Origin: the human T2T-CHM13v2.0 reference genome, Homo sapiens
Strand: one strand, 5' to 3'
Length of the DNA stretch: 64,000 nucleotides
Assembly: GCF_009914755.1 (NCBI RefSeq)
Contig: NC_060935.1
Shown here: piece after piece, positions 13,501 through 35,648 of the stretch
Position numbering within the stretch: position 1 is the first letter of the stretch
Layout: each line of letters opens with the position of its first letter
Program-made: the position numbers and the translations under genes
The notes under the pieces: generated by a model
The model's input: only the letters and a program-made list of their open reading frames with translations
Told to the model about the DNA's origin: nothing
Database searches by the model: none

Positions 13501-15384
13501 CTGACAAATAGCTGCTTTATATTCGTATATGCTCTAGAGGCAGGCAGCAAACATTCTTCAAGTTCAAATGTGATATTTAACTTTCAGTGAAGAAATCCAG
13601 AGCTGTAGCCCAGCCTGGACTTAACACATAGTCACAGCATTTTTACAAATACTGCAGTACTTTCAGAAGGCAAATGAAACCAAATGGCTCCTGAATCCAC
13701 TCAATACGCAAAGTAAAATGTACGTTGAACCTTGTCAGGATAAACTCCAATTGCAAGGAACTCCAGAGTTGTTCTGCTTCTTCCAGGCAATTCAGTGAAC
13801 TACCTCTCCTAAATACTGAGACACAAATACTACCCATATCCTCATCCCAATCATCCACACTGCAGCCATGCCCCTAGCTAGAGTCCTGCCCCCTCCCCAC
13901 CCCCACCAATCTAAACAAACCTCAAGTAGACACCTGCTGCATAAAGTCAAGTCCATCACACTAAGCTTTTTTCACCATCAATCAACTACTTATCTATTTA
14001 GTTGCCATTATAGGTCTGGGACAAATTTAAAGTTTTCTTTGACCACAATTTCACTCCAAACATGTACCCAGACAGGGATGAGGTGACTCTCGGTTAAAAG
14101 GAAAAAAAATGGTTCTCCTGTTTCAAGTGCTTTTCAAAAGTAAAAAGTAAAACAAAGTAAAAAAAAGTAAAAAGTACTTTTAAATTCTCTTTCTCACTTT
14201 CCCATGACCATGACTTGGCATTGGTCTTCTTTAATCTTTTTGGTCTGCCCTTCCTTGCAAAATGAAAAGAAGTAAGTGACACTAAGAGATTTACATACCC
14301 GACGAAGAGTAATATTGTTAGAAGTACAGGAAATCGATTTTGAATTTTCTAAAGTATTAGAGCACCAGCACGTAAGTTTGCTTCAGAATTCACTGTTTGT
14401 AATTTTGTCCCAATCTTACTCAGGAAGAAAATATCTTGTGGTACATTTAGGTTCTGACCTTTCAAAGAGCAAAAATACACAGAAGCCAGTCTTACCTTCC
14501 CTAGGCCAGCTTCAATGGAGTGTCAGAGGTATGCCACTAATGGGATAGTGGTGCGGAGCCAACATTTCTTAAAATAAGTCACTTTTCCACTCTAAACAGA
14601 CAGTGTCTCCATTTGTCTGCTAAGTCTACAACTCATAGTTGATGCAAAACACTAGCTGAAAATGAACATACCCTGACAGCAGGACAAGCAATAGGCAGAA
14701 ATACCACATTTCAGTGAAGAATGAACCCAGCCTAGAAAAGGGAAAAGGCAGTATGTGTGCTCATCTTCATCTTAGGTGACTACCTGAAAAAACTTCTGCC
14801 AATTCCAAACTAACCACAGCTAGTAGTTCTTTGCTTTGCCACTCAGTTCTATCATTTCTTCTTCCTACACCCATGGAAACGACTTCCTGTTTATCAAACA
14901 AACGCTTCTTTCCAAAAAAGCAGGGCGAGGCCAAGATAACTCAGCTCCCCCTAAGCAGGTTAATAAGAGTGCAGTCACTTTAATATCCTATTGTCCTCTA
15001 ACTCCCAGGCGTGGCTGCCACTGACTAGAGGAAGAGGGTTTGTCATTTTGTCTTTCTTGCCAAGAATCCAACTACCTCTTACCGGGCTTCTTGACTTGTT
15101 GCTGCTTCTTGTTACTATCTCTTTTCTTTGCTCCTCCATTGACCAGGCCAAAAACTTTTATGGCATCTTTCATTCTTCTCTTTCTCTCACACCCTGCATC
15201 CTATCCATCAGCAAATTCTATTAACTCTACGTTCAAATCATATTCAGAATCCAACTATTTCTCACCCCTGCCTTCACTCCACTCTAGTGCCACCAGCCTC
15301 ATTTAACAGCAACTACCTCACTCCTAGATTTCTGCAATAACCTCCTAGGATTACTCCTCAAAAGAGCAGCCAAGGTAGTAATCT

Positions 15385-16745
<1,361 letters not shown>

Positions 16746-16894
16746 TCTTTTCTTCCTTCCTCTCTCTCTCTCTCTCTCTCAAGAGACAAGGTCTTGCTGT
16801 GTTGCCCATGTTGGAGTGCAGTGGCCCAATCATGGCTCATTGTAGCCTCAAACTCCTACACTCAAACAATTAAGTCTGCATTTCTATGTAGCAG

Positions 16895-17425
16895 GGTAAT
16901 TCTCTTAAATCTTAAATAAGATCACATCATTTTTTTCTGTCAAAACCTCCGGATGGGTTCCCAGCTCATGACCTTTGACCTTACCTTCTTTCACTGGCTC
17001 TTTTGTTCTACTATAATCACATATGCCACCTTGCTATTTCTCAAACACAGCAGAAATACTCCTGCCACAGGGCCTTTGTTCTTTCTATTCTTTCTACTTG
17101 GAATGCTCCTCCCCAAATAGCTGCATGATCTTTTACAAAAGTATAACCTTCTCAGAGAGGTCTTTCCTATCTCTATTGTCAGCTTACCTCCTGATATTTC
17201 AATTTCATATTCACTTCCCCTACGCACTTTATCATTTTCTAACAAATGACACATTCTACCCTACTTAGTTGGTGTACTATCTGTCTTCTCCACTAGAAAA
17301 CAAGCTCCATGAGGGCAGGCATTCTTGCCATTTTGTTCAATACTGTGTCTAGTACAATGAACGGTATCTGACGCATATTAAGCACTTAATAAGTATTTAT
17401 TAAAAGAACAAAAGATGATTGAATA
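16895..17425 (+). mobile_element. L2 3' fragment
   Basis: cctgccacagggcctttg...aagctccatgagggcaggc...agcacttaataagtatttatt. Confidence 0.7.
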
Positions 17426-17815
17426 CATTCCTATCCCTGTTTATTAAAACTATTTCCTGAACCTTAGATTTTATTAGCAAAATGAATGCTAAATGCTATT
17501 GCTCACCTCAATGAATTCAAGAGTCTTCCCAACTAATCTAAAAAGGCACACTAACATATATGACCTGTCTTCATATATCCAAGTCTGTACTTGGCATACA
17601 AGCAAAAAGTACACTAAATTTTCTTCTGTCTCTTCCAAATAAACTAAACTTTTTCCCTGAGAGTTTTGAGACAACACAATTTCTTCGTGAAACACATTAT
17701 CACAGGATATGCTTTAGTTTTGAAAATGTGGAACTAGAACTATTTTTTTCTATGCCTCCTTATTACACATAAAATAGTACTCTGCCTATGATGGATACTT
17801 AATAATTATAGATTA

Positions 17816-18370
<555 letters not shown>

Positions 18371-19091
18371 TTAAACTATTATTAATAATGATAAATTATT
18401 ATTAATTATATTGATTATTAATACTTATTAATTTATTATTATAAATTAACTCAAGGAATACCAATGAGAGAAGAGACTATAAGCTTTTACAAAAACACTT
18501 TTTTTACTCTTCATTTTGCTATTAAACAAGGTTTGTAAACTACACACTTTTTAAGTTGTCTTCATAAAAAACATGCCATCCTTTTCATATCAAGTCCATT
18601 CACAGTAATGTATAAGGAAGGATTTGTTTTCTTATGGCTTCTTAAAAAGTATTTCTAGACTAAGCATAAACCCAGGCAGGCTTTGAAATAGAATCTCATA
18701 TATTACAAAAGGCCTTTCAAAAATGTTATTCAAGTTTTCTCATATAGTACCAATGTTTCTCATGCTACACCAAGGTATTAGCAATACTTGGTTTGCTAAT
18801 CCTGTAACAGAGGTTCTAATCAGATCCTAGTATAACCTGCATGCTCCAAGTCAACAGAGGTACCTTTCGATTTGTTAAAATATTGACTATCAAAATGTTG
18901 CAATCCTAGCTCTAACTAGTCTTCCAAAGGGAACAGCTCAAGTACATGTCTCCAGGGAATTTTATGTAGCATGAGATGGTAACTAATGCCAATACATAAG
19001 GCTAATGGCTTCCAAATTCACTGTTTCTAGTCATCTAACCTCCTGAGCTCCAAACTCCTGTTTTCAAATGTCTACTGAAAAACTTCATCTA

Positions 19092-19600
<509 letters not shown>

Positions 19601-21021
19601 GAACTAACGTTCTCTTTATCTTCCTGCTGTAACCTAGTTCTCCTCCTGAATCCCTATTACCATCATCTAGATGTCCATGAAAGAAACTTTGGAATCATCT
19701 TCAACTCCTCTTTCTTCCTCACTCTTAACATCCAATTACTTACAAAATACGCTAAATTTTCGACTTACATTTAAAGAGTATGCCTCCTCTTCTCTATCCT
19801 TCAGGTTTCCCTTTCTGCCCATCATCCTTTACATTGTTACCAGTTATTCTAACACATTTCTTTGGTCGTGTCATTCATTTAACTTAGAACTTTTCAACAA
19901 AATCTCACAGCCTACAATATATAGTTCTAATTCATAAACATAGTTCACCTGCATGTGTACTTGCTGTTTCACCAACATGCTGTACACTTTGCTCAGGGTT
20001 TTACTTCTTGCTGGAATGCCTGTCTCCTATTCTCATCCCCATCCCCAGCTGAACTTTGGAATTCAAGGTTATCCTTTAAAGTCCAGCTTAAAGGTCATTT
20101 CTCTGAAGCTAACCCTAACCTACTCACCCGCCCTAGAAAAACTGCTCCATAATTTGTGTCTAATGACATTTAATCTATCTGCCTCTATGACATCAGCAAA
20201 CAATTATATTACAGTAATTTCTTATCTTGTGTGTCTTCCCTCCTAGCCCATGGATTTTTGGTCCATGGATGGGTTTATATCCATGAAGCACTGCAAGACG
20301 TAGAAAAATATGTAGAGTGTGTTTCTGTTTGTGTAGGAAGGAAGGGAAAATACAAATATGCATGTGTATGTATATGCGTATATTTATTTAGATTTGCCAA
20401 AAGGAATAATGTTAAATAAATGGTTACTTACGGAAAAGGTGTGGAAGCCAGACATATGAATGCACCTTGTTTTGTAGCTTTAACTTTGGAAACAAGTAAT
20501 GTCTTACATAACTGAAACAATTCAGAATTGAATCAAATAGAAGAACATTTCTAAAAATTGAAAGCAACCTGTAAAAAATCAGTAGATTACGGTACATAAT
20601 ACCTAACTATACATAAAGTTAAAAGTATTCTGCTAGAGCAGCCCAAATAGACTAAGACAATTCTTCATGGGATATATCCTAAGAACAAAAAGAACCACAA
20701 GTCTCCTTATTATTTGTAATACTACTGGTATTGTTTTCAATCAATCAGTCTCTCCCCTCACTCATATCAAAAAAGTGACTATGTTAACGTCATCTGGAAC
20801 CACAATTTTCAACATAAGGGAAAAGAGAACTAAAGATATAATATTTAAGAAGTAAAAATGCTGAAATCTTACATTTTAATTGGAGTGTTAGTATAAACTT
20901 GTTTCATTTTCCTCTCCATTAAAAATATATATTTCATAGCTCTGTCCCCTCCTCTAAGCAATAATAACCCAGTAGCACTAACGAGCATCCCTGAGGCCCA
21001 AATTCTGGTCTTTAAATGCTA

Positions 21022-21327
<306 letters not shown>

Positions 21328-21773
21328 AGAGGGGAGGGGAGGGGAGGGGAGGGGAGGGGAAGGGAGAAGAGGGGAGAAGAGAGGAGAGGAGAGGAGAGGA
21401 GAGGAGAGGAGAGGAGAAGAGAAGGAGAGAAAAAGAAAAGGAAAAGGAAAAGAAGGGGACGGGACGGGAGGGGAGGGGAGGGGAGGGGAGGGGAGGGGAG
21501 GAGAGGAGAGGAGAGGAGAAGGAGAGAAAAAGAAAAGGAAAATGAAAAGAAGGGGACGGGACGGGAGGGGAGGGGAGGGGAGGAGAGGAGAGGAGAGGAG
21601 AGGAGAGGAGAGGAGAAGAGAAGGAGAGAAAAAGAAAAGGAAAATGAAAAGAAGGGGACGGGACGGAAGGGGAGGGGAGGGGAGGGGAGGGGAGGGGAGG
21701 AGAGGAGAGGGGAGGAGAGGAGAGGAGAGGGGAGGGGAGGAGAGGAGAGGAGAGGAGAGGAGAGGAGAGGAGA
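21328..21773 (+). repeat. Polypurine GGGGA/GGAGA array with a ~100-bp higher-order repeat (3 copies)
   Basis: Block gaaggagagaaaaagaaaaggaaaa(g/t)gaaaagaaggggacgggacgg recurs at 21421, 21518 and 21620. Confidence 0.95.
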
Positions 21774-22254
21774 CCAAACCAGAATTCCTAGGAGAAATGT
21801 TTGATTCCATGTCTGGTACAGGAAATGTTCAAGATAAGCATAGGACATCTTGCCTAAAAGCAACAAAAATATCAAAGACTATTGAGCTCACATCAAAAGG
21901 ACACAGGAGTCAGCCTGAAGAGGCTCCAGGCTCCCACTGGCTAAGTGGAATAATTTCAGTTTCAAAAGAAGAATGACTTAATGGACTGAAGCACATAAAA
22001 TATACTAAAATCCATAATTGCATAATTATGTTACAAAATAGAAAACCAACTTCCTTAGTCTCCACTGGAGATTGCAGAGAACCAATTCATTATTCTAAAA
22101 ACTGATACATAAGGAAAAGAAAGAATCAAGCATTTATCTTGTCATTACTATAATTTCTAAGTAGTTTATAAGGCAAAGTTCTTTACAGAAGAAGAATAAC
22201 TCATAAATGTTGAATGAATGAGAGAATTCAAATAATCACCATTTTGCAACTTCT

Positions 22255-22554
<300 letters not shown>

Positions 22555-23330
22555 TTGCAACTTCTAATGAAATAGCTAGGCAACTAAATGACAGGAGTAG
22601 ATAAAACATTACGTAAAAGACTGATGGGAAACTTTATAAAGGATCAATTTGGTGAACAATAACTATACCTGAAGATTATTCTAAGTATCACTAAAAGTGG
22701 GAAAATCAGATATTATACAACTCTTGAAGTGATGCAATAAAAAACTATGGAGCACTCCTGCTTCCCCTCCAAAAACTGAACTAAGCAAATTCCTAAATAT
22801 AACTTCCACTTTCCAAGAAACACTGAACTACAGGAACATGTTGAATGACACAATAAATATATGATCAGCCAAATTCCAAATGTAGGACATTTTTTAAGAC
22901 AATCCAGTTTCTTACATAAATAGATAGCATAGAAAAAAAGTAAATGTTTGTAGGGAAGAGATGAGGTTGTCACAGATTATTTAAAAATTTAGATTATAAA
23001 AAATTTAGACATTTTTCAACTCAATGGATGTATGGATTTCTTGCATCGTAATTTGTACAAACTATAAGAAGATGTTTTGAAACATCTGCAGAAAGCTAAA
23101 CATGCCCTGGCTATTACATGATAGTAAGGAATTACTGTCAATGCTGTTGTATGTAAGAATGGCATTGTAGACTTCTGTTTTGATTATGAAAGAACAACTG
23201 ATATTGAATTTACTTTACCTAACTATAGAAGCTGGGCTGTTTGTAGACACTGGATAATAACAAACACAGGGTTATGATTTTCAGAGAAAGTAAATGTTAA
23301 TGTAGGAGCCAGGCAAAAATATTCCTTTAA

Positions 23331-23639
<309 letters not shown>

Positions 23640-24088
23640 CTTTGGGATTTATATATACTCAATACAGCAAAAATAATTTGATTTGTTCTCTGGGGCTCTT
23701 ATTTTTATGTCATGGTAGAAATGACTGGATGATCAGACTATAAATGAATGTTTTAGTGTAAAGTGAGGTCAAAGCACAGGTGGCTTCCTCATACATCTTG
23801 GCCAGTTACAATATAAATGCTGGTCACAGACCCACCCCCGCCAGCTCCCCTCCTTCATCCATGCATCTCTCCACTTGCACACTCCTGGTGGGGGCATTAA
23901 AAAAAAAAAAGGATAAATAAATAAAATAAATGTTAGTCATATCTGATATTAAGAAAACAGAACAAAAAATGAATAATAATAAATGGGAAATTAATTAGGG
24001 AAATAAATACAAGTCAATTATTTTGATTCAGAGTGACTAAAGTTCAGTAGCATGGTTACTTGCTTGTTAGGAGACCCTTAGAAAATAG

Positions 24089-24414
<326 letters not shown>

Positions 24415-25309
24415 GAAAATAGCTTTTTTAATAATCAAAGGAGTAAATAAACTAGTGGGAAAATGGTAGTTTAGTTGTGAAGACATAAAGGATGCTGCGG
24501 ATTAAATAAAAACATGTAAAAAAAAAAAAAAGCCACAACAAACCAGTACATAGTAGTGTTCAAACAAATGTGTTGTATTCTTGAACTTCCAGGCAGTCAC
24601 AAGATAAAATAACCTATGTGAAACACTTAACACAGTATCTTGTACACAATGGTTATGCAAGTTAGTCTTTCTGATCCTCTGTCCTAATAGTTTTTGAGTG
24701 ACCTATGGCATAAATGAATGGCTTTGTGAGAAGTTCAGGGTTCCATACATGTTGGCACCATTAAGAAATATTATTTTTAAGACACTGAGAATGTTCATAA
24801 TAAATCATACACATTTCAACAGACTCCTCTTAAATTAGTAATTTGTTTTAAATGCCCATGAGTTCTGCCTGGTATTCAGGAAATTTTGCTTGATAAAGTG
24901 CTGGATTTATGACTTCATGGTCTCAAATAGGAAGTTTGGGGATATATATCTAAAGATATCAGAGTGTGGAAGTTTTAAATTATAAATTTAGTGGTTTACA
25001 AAACTAACCAGTTTCTCAATTCTGTTTGTAACATTAAATAAACCCACACTGTCATCACTGCTCCTTCATAATATAAGGCTGAATAGTATGCAAAAATAAA
25101 CTGGATAAGTCAATTGAATGAGTAGTAAATATTCATGAAATAACCAATTACTGAAGTCTATTTATTACACTGCTTAGAATTCATAATCTTCAATATGTCT
25201 TTCTCTATACAGTTACCCAAAAAAGGTGCTTTCCCCATGTCAAAAACTCATTTAACTAAGATGTTATTAAATAACATGCAAATTCCATGCTTGACTTAGT
25301 TATATTTCA

Positions 25310-26165
25310 TTATGACACAATGAAATACATTTACTGAGTGCCTACTATATGTTAGACACTACATTAAACAAGGAAGACACAGATGAATAAAACTTAAACG
25401 CCATAATCAGCAATCCAGTGATGTTCTTTCATTCACTTAGTATTTTATTCAACTTATCAATAAATATTTATGGAACATGCATTCCCTGTAGGCACTATTT
25501 TGAGTATTGAAGATTTGGTAGGAAACAAAAATGACAAAGTCTTTAATGGCACGTAAATTTTATTGACTCAAGACAGTAAAAAAACAAATAAATATATGTC
25601 AGTTCATGATAAAAACCAAAAAGAAAAGTAAAGCAAGACAGAGACTACAGAGCAATGGGCCAGTAGGAAGAATGAGATTTTAGACAGCATGGTGAGCAAA
25701 CACCTCTCTAATGAGATAACATTTGATAAGAGACTGGCAAGAAACAGGAGAGACAGCCATGTGGATATGTAGGAAAAGAGTAATTCAGGAAGAAGAAATG
25801 GAATATATGGTCTTAAAGCGGGAGCACAGCGAAGGGTTTAATGAAAAAGAAAGATGCCGATGTGAGGAGGAGAGTGCTAGGAGCTGTGGTGAGAGACAGC
25901 AGGAGACCAAATTATATAATCTTATAGGCTATAGTAGGAATTATAAATTTATTCCAAATAGATGGGAAAGCCAACAGAAGTAGCTCAGTGGTAAGGTCCC
26001 ACTTGAATTTTAAAAGAATCCTTCTAGCTATAATCGGGGGGGAAGTCAGGGCAGATTCAGAGAGACTATTTAAAGGCTACTGCAGTGATCTTAGCAAGAC
26101 ATGATGGTGGCTTAGACCAGATTGGTAGTTATGGAGGTGGTGATAAGTGATTGAATTCAGCATAT
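25310..26165 (-). mobile_element. L2 fragments
   Basis: catttactgagtgcctactatatg...; gagacatttga-like and gatggtggcttagaccag motifs of the L2 reverse strand. Confidence 0.65.
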
Positions 26166-26947
26166 ATAGTCTTCCCTCTCTATCTGTGGGCACCATATTC
26201 ATGGATTCAATCAAGCCCCTTGGAAAATAGTCAAAGGAAAAAGAAATGGACCAGAGTCTAAATTACCAGTAAAAGACAAACTTAGAAATGAAAAAAAAAA
26301 TTACTTCAAAAAGTGCTATAGGAGAGGTATGTTCAAAGTGAAGAAAAAAAGGTAATTAGCTATTTGGCAAAATCAGAGCAGAGTTCACAGGGGGAATAAC
26401 ATTTGAGATGGGTCACAAAAGTTAAGGAGGGACAAAGAGGGCAAAGAAGGGCAGCAGGGCTTTTACATCGGGGCCAACACCTCCCATTGATAATCACTTT
26501 TCCAACCAACTCCTCTAAGACTAGCAATTCCTTTACAGGCCTCTTGAGGTAAAAAGGGACAATATTCCACCAGGGATTAGGAATTAATGTAACCTCTTCA
26601 AGGTCTCCACTAACAATACTACGCCATATGTTTGGGCAGCTGGTATACTCCCTTTCTGCCTCTCTTGCCTTCACATTCATCAAAGACACTCACCGAAACC
26701 TAGTTTGTAGTCTATTGCGCCCTCCACTCAAATTCTGCCATCACCTAGGGAATGTGAACATCAATGAGGATAACTTATTTGACAGTTTGCTTCATGGTTC
26801 CTTTAGCCTTCTTTCTCTCCGGTGACCTAGAACTCTACCAATGTATAGCAACTATTCCTATGGCCACATCTTGAACTTGTCTTTGCTTGACATTATTTTA
26901 ACTCTGAAATTCTAAACTTCCCCCTCTCTTATCTTAACCTTCTAAAT

Positions 26948-28395
<1,448 letters not shown>

Positions 28396-28483
28396 TTAGA
28401 CTTTCATCTCTCCAACCTTCATATGCCCAACACACTAACACACTTGCTTTTCAACTTCATCTAGACCTGTAGCTTCATGAATT

Positions 28484-28515
<32 letters not shown>

Positions 28516-29345
28516 AGAGAATTTCTCCATGTTGCCCAGGCTGGTTTCAAACTCCTGGGCTCCAGTGATCTGCCTGCCTGGGCCTCCCAAAGTGCTGGGA
28601 TTAGAGGTATGATCCACCATGCCCAGCCAGCTTTAAAAATTCTTATTTAAGATCAGTCATCCTGGTCTCACTTGCCTTCCCAACCCACTTCAGCCTAAGC
28701 CCAAAAGCCCACACTTTAATTACATTATTGCTAGTGGCCTCAAAACCCTTGTCACCTGTTGCCTCTTCATTTGCACATGTCCTGTAAACTCTAAACAGGA
28801 TCAGTCCAATTGTCTGTCTTATTCAATTTACACACAGGTAATTGAGCATTGGTGGTAGGGGAAAAAAATCACTCAATTCTGTATAATGGAATAACAAGTT
28901 AACTGTTTCCTATCTCTAAGGCCTTTAATCAACTTATTTAGCTATTCTTAATTGCCCTCTCTCTCATTCCTCCCTGCAGCTAATTTCACTTTCTCCATGC
29001 TGATCCAGGTCTCTACCCTCTCACCCTTAATTCATCTGATAACATAATCTGCTACTCTCAATAGAAAATTATATGAAAAGCATGAAACATCTTTTTCACA
29101 TTCTTCTACCTAAAAAATTGCCTACACCCACATGCATCCTTTATCTTCTATCCTTCTTCATGTGCAAGGCTAATTTCTTGCAATTATGCTCATCCCTCAG
29201 TTCCTCATTGATCTTGCTTTAGAGATTGTTTTCCATATCAATTATTTTCAAACTCATCTTCCCCACTACTGCATCTTCAACCTCAACCTGTAATCAAGTC
29301 TCATATTTAAACGAATCAAAATAAAACAAACCCCTCCTTATTTCC

Positions 29346-29802
29346 TGTCAAGTATCAAGAGGGTCTGAGATCTCACCATTTCTGCAAGCTAATAACTCAA
29401 CCTGCCACAATTACATGGGTGATGGCAGAAGATAGGAAACCCCTCTGTCAGAGACAAAAGACTTTGTCACTTACGGCACAGCAAGCAGCATGAACATCAA
29501 CATATTTGCTTCAGTTCCCCAAGCCCTAATTTTCACAGGGCACTGCAAAGGGGACCAGATGACGCCTACACACACAGTCGGGTCCATTATAGGAGAGGAA
29601 CCCTGAGCTTGGAGCTTAGGGAATCTTTCACACTGGGCAATAAACAGATCTTTGAGCTGTGGAGGGAGATACTATCTCTGTCTTTCAAGGGTGCTCACTA
29701 TATAAACATCCTTGAGAAAACAGTCTAGAACAAAGGCAGTCAGTGCCTTACTCATGAAACATGAAGAAATGTGAGATATCCGTGGAGAACTCTCTCCCAA
29801 CA
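29346..29802 (-). mobile_element. Solo LTR (ERVL, LTR40-like) inserted in L2
   Basis: Minus strand starts tgttgggagagagttctccacgg and ends ...cttgaca. Confidence 0.6.
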
Positions 29803-29937
29803 ACCTTGCTTCCTGTACAAACTACTGTCTTCTCCCTTCTTTCCTTCAGAGCAATGCTTCTCAAAATAGCACCCAATGCCTCCACTTCTTTAACATCTGT
29901 CTCCACCTCTGCCATTTTATTAATATTTCCCTAGCCA

Positions 29938-32415
<2,478 letters not shown>

Positions 32416-33546
32416 GAGCTATGACTACAGGCGCATGCCACCATGCCCAGCTAAAAGCTAGATTCTTCTAGTGAAGTTTATTTCTCCATATTTACAGTGT
32501 TCAGCCTCTAATGTGATTCCTCTGGAACAGGCAGCTTCGGTATGCCTACAGTTAGTTACCTTGGGATCACAGTGTTTTTGCTAGGACTTTCTTCCTCTCA
32601 TTTACTGACCATACTCAGCCGTTAAACTCCACTAGTTGCTGGCTGATTGCCCTTTTGTTTTGAATAATGCCCTGGGGCACAAATTGGTCTACAAACAATA
32701 CAATCAAATTCTGGTTCCTTTGAAGAAATAATTTTTGCCATCAGTGTTTTTTTGTTTTATTTTTGTTTTTATTTAAGACAGGGTCTCCCTATGTTGCCTA
32801 TGCTGACCTCCAACTCCTAGGCTCGAGCCATCCTCCTGCCTGAATAGCTAGAATTACAGGTGTGCACCCAGCCAGTGATTTATTTTCATTCTAATCCCAG
32901 AGAAGCTCTTTCTAAATTAATTCATTGGTTCTCCCCCTGCGAACTAGCAAACCTACCATTTGGCCTGTTTCATGAATCTCTTCTCAAATGTCCTTTACCA
33001 CAACCTCCACTGTTCTTTTTCTTTTTTCTTTTCCCTCTACTGTTCTTGAGAGTACAATCAGGTTTGAACTTCTTCACTCCCTGTTGCAAATGAAGTCAGT
33101 TCCTTTGGGAAGAAATTAGGAGCTGTTTTATGGTTTGTTTTTCTCCACAGGTAAAAATCTCAGAGTTAGGGCTCTGGAGCTGGGGTTGGGGACAACAGCA
33201 AACTTCTCTGAGTGACGCTCCCACTCTAGGAACTGAGAGTTTGGTGGATGGAGAGCGGGGGAGGACAGCAGCCTGGGGTCCTCTCAGCTTGCCTCTCCTA
33301 GCAGCAAAAGACAGTGAAACCACTGTCTTAATACCCAAGGCAAGAGTGATCTGGGTCCTAGTATTCTCGGCATACCTGATCAAGTTCCACAAGTGGGGGC
33401 TGAGTAGAAGAAGGGGCCCCCATCTCTTAACTGCACTTCTCCAGGACTCAGCAATAGGCAGCTCGGGGCAGAATGAGAATTGCTGATGTCCAAATCCTCC
33501 TGGGAAGAAAGCTGCTATTCAGATGCTGGAGAGAATTGAGGAGAAG

Positions 33547-34014
33547 TGACAAATAAAAATTACAGGAGACCATTGTTTTCGAATAAACTTCTGCACTAGG
33601 CACCAACAGACCAAACTAAATATCAAAATGGAGTCACTCATGCTAAAGTTCCAAAGCGAAAACTAGGTTGTTATCTGACCTGAGAAATCAGGAGAAAGAG
33701 ATAACAGCCAATTTCCCAAACAGCCCAGTCTAAAATCTTTAACTGGCACAATGATGAAGTTCCCTCTGCTTTAATCCTTACTAAAAAAGGTAGCCCGAAG
33801 TAACCTGATGTTAACTGGTTAATTTTCTATTGTTCTGTTTAAAAGTAACCAATACACTGTTCAGACTTCTTAAGCCCTTCTGTCCATAAGCCAAACTCTT
33901 CTGCTCAACTTACTGGAACACTTATTCTATGAAATGAAATGTTGTCCGATTCTAGAATCGCAAATAAAGCCAACTGGGATCATCAAACTAAACTTGCAAT
34001 TTTGTCTTTTGACA
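33547..34014 (+). mobile_element. ERV1-class solo LTR (MER34/MER39-like)
   Basis: TG...CA ends, 4-bp TSD gaag, aaaatggagtcactcatgctaaag motif, aataaa near the 3' end. Confidence 0.75.
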
Positions 34015-34701
34015 GAAGGAAGCCCTGCGTTCTTGGCTGCAGTAGCCTGGACGGGAATTTCCACCTTGCTGACCAGACTTTGTTTCTTACCGAATTTGCA
34101 CAGATGTTCTTGAATAATGTTCCTTCATTTTCTGCTTACTCTTAGGACGATTTCCAGAGACTTTAAATGACTGGGTTTTGTTTTCTTTAATAGTTTTCAC
34201 TTGTTTCAGCAAGCAAGGCAGGTCAGCAGAGCTCCTCACACCTTGACGGCAGAAGTTGATCTCTCTCTCACATGAAGGCGTAAGGAAGCACTGTGCTAGA
34301 GCTCTATATATGCGATCTCATTTAATCTTCACAACTATAATACAAATATTCTAGATCTTACCTTATACAGACCTGGAACCTGTGCACCAGAATCATCTAG
34401 TAATTTGCTCTAAGTAAAAGGGCAAATAGGTGACAGAGATCTGATTCAAACCTAGGTCTAAATACATCCAAAGCCCAGGTTTTCTTGACTAAGCCCCTTT
34501 CATCTTTTTTACACAGACATTTTTAAAAATCAGAGCTCATGAGACAGTTCTATCCCTGTGCAGTCTCAATAATTTCTTTAGGTAATACACTATTTTCTTC
34601 CACATCTGGATCTTTTATAATAATATTACTTAATAGTATCAATAATAACATTTCAAATTCTATTGTTATATATTACATAATATGTGTTACAATATATAAT
34701 T

Positions 34702-34781
34702 ATAGGTTGGTGCAAAAGTAATTGCGGTTTTTGCCATTACTTTCAATGACAAAAGCCACAATTACTTTTTCACCAACCTAA
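34702..34781. mobile_element. MADE1 (Hsmar1-derived MITE), full length, 80 bp
   Basis: taggttggtgcaaaagtaattgcggtttttgccatt...aattactttttcaccaaccta; self-complementary terminal inverted repeats. Confidence 0.93.
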
Positions 34782-34896
34782 AATATTTTGTTTTTAAAAT
34801 AACATTATCAGAAGTGGTATTCTGTTTGTTCATCCCTTGAGGTACATTCACATGAAGTCCAGGACCAAGAAACGGATCTCTCTAATACTGCTTCCT

Positions 34897-35185
34897 GCTG
34901 GGTGCAGTAGCTCATGCCTATAATCCCAACACTTTGGGAGGCCAAGGCAGGAGGATTGCTACAGCCCAGGAGTTCACAACCAGCCTGGGCAACATAATGA
35001 GACCTAATCGCTATAAAAATTTAAAAATTAGCCTGGCATGGTGGTGTATACCTACAGTCCCAGCTACTCAGGAAGCTAAGGCAGGAGGATTACTTGAGCC
35101 CAGGAAGCTGGGGGTGCACTGAGCTGTGATCCCGTTACTGCACTTCACCTGGTCAACAGAGCCAAGACCCTAGCTCAAAAAAGAA

Positions 35186-35224
<39 letters not shown>

Positions 35225-35226
35225 AA
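34897..35226 (+). mobile_element. Alu (AluJ-like) with (TAAA)n tail
   Basis: Alu consensus; about 10 TAAA units at 35185-35225. Confidence 0.9.
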
Positions 35227-35440
35227 TCTGCTTTCTTAAAGAGTAAGGTAGATTGATGTGCCCTGTGTTTGGGTCTTTTTTTATTACAAACATTAAGATG
35301 ACATGATCTTTTTTCTCCCCAAATTACCATTGTTTCCCCACCAATAAATGTCGTTCTATGAAATAAAATACCTAACAGGCAGCTCAAGGATTTGGGAGAT
35401 GTTTGACTTTTTATAGAATAAAACTTGTAAAAAGGTATCT

Positions 35441-35648
35441 TCCAGCCTGAACAATATAGTGAGACCCCCGTCTCTACTAAAAATTTAAAAATTAGCCAGG
35501 TATGCTAGTGCACAGCTATAGTATCAGCTACTCAGATGGCTGAGGCAGGAGGATCACTTGAGCCCAGGAGTTCGAGGCTGCAGTAAGCTAGGATTGCACC
35601 ACTGCATTCCAGCCAGGGCAGCAGAGCAATACCTTGTCCAAAGAAAAA
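35441..35648 (+). mobile_element. 5'-truncated Alu (AluJ-like)
   Basis: ccagcctgaacaatatagtgagacc through the right arm. Confidence 0.85.

Noticed and set aside
25981-26000. tagctcagtggtaagg resembling a tRNA A box
   Set aside because: No cloverleaf or T-loop/B box follows, and it lies within an L2 fragment.
33096-33486. 98-118 aa ORFs in a GC-richer stretch
   Set aside because: No recognisable domain; the region looks like degraded old L1 5' sequence interrupted by an LTR.
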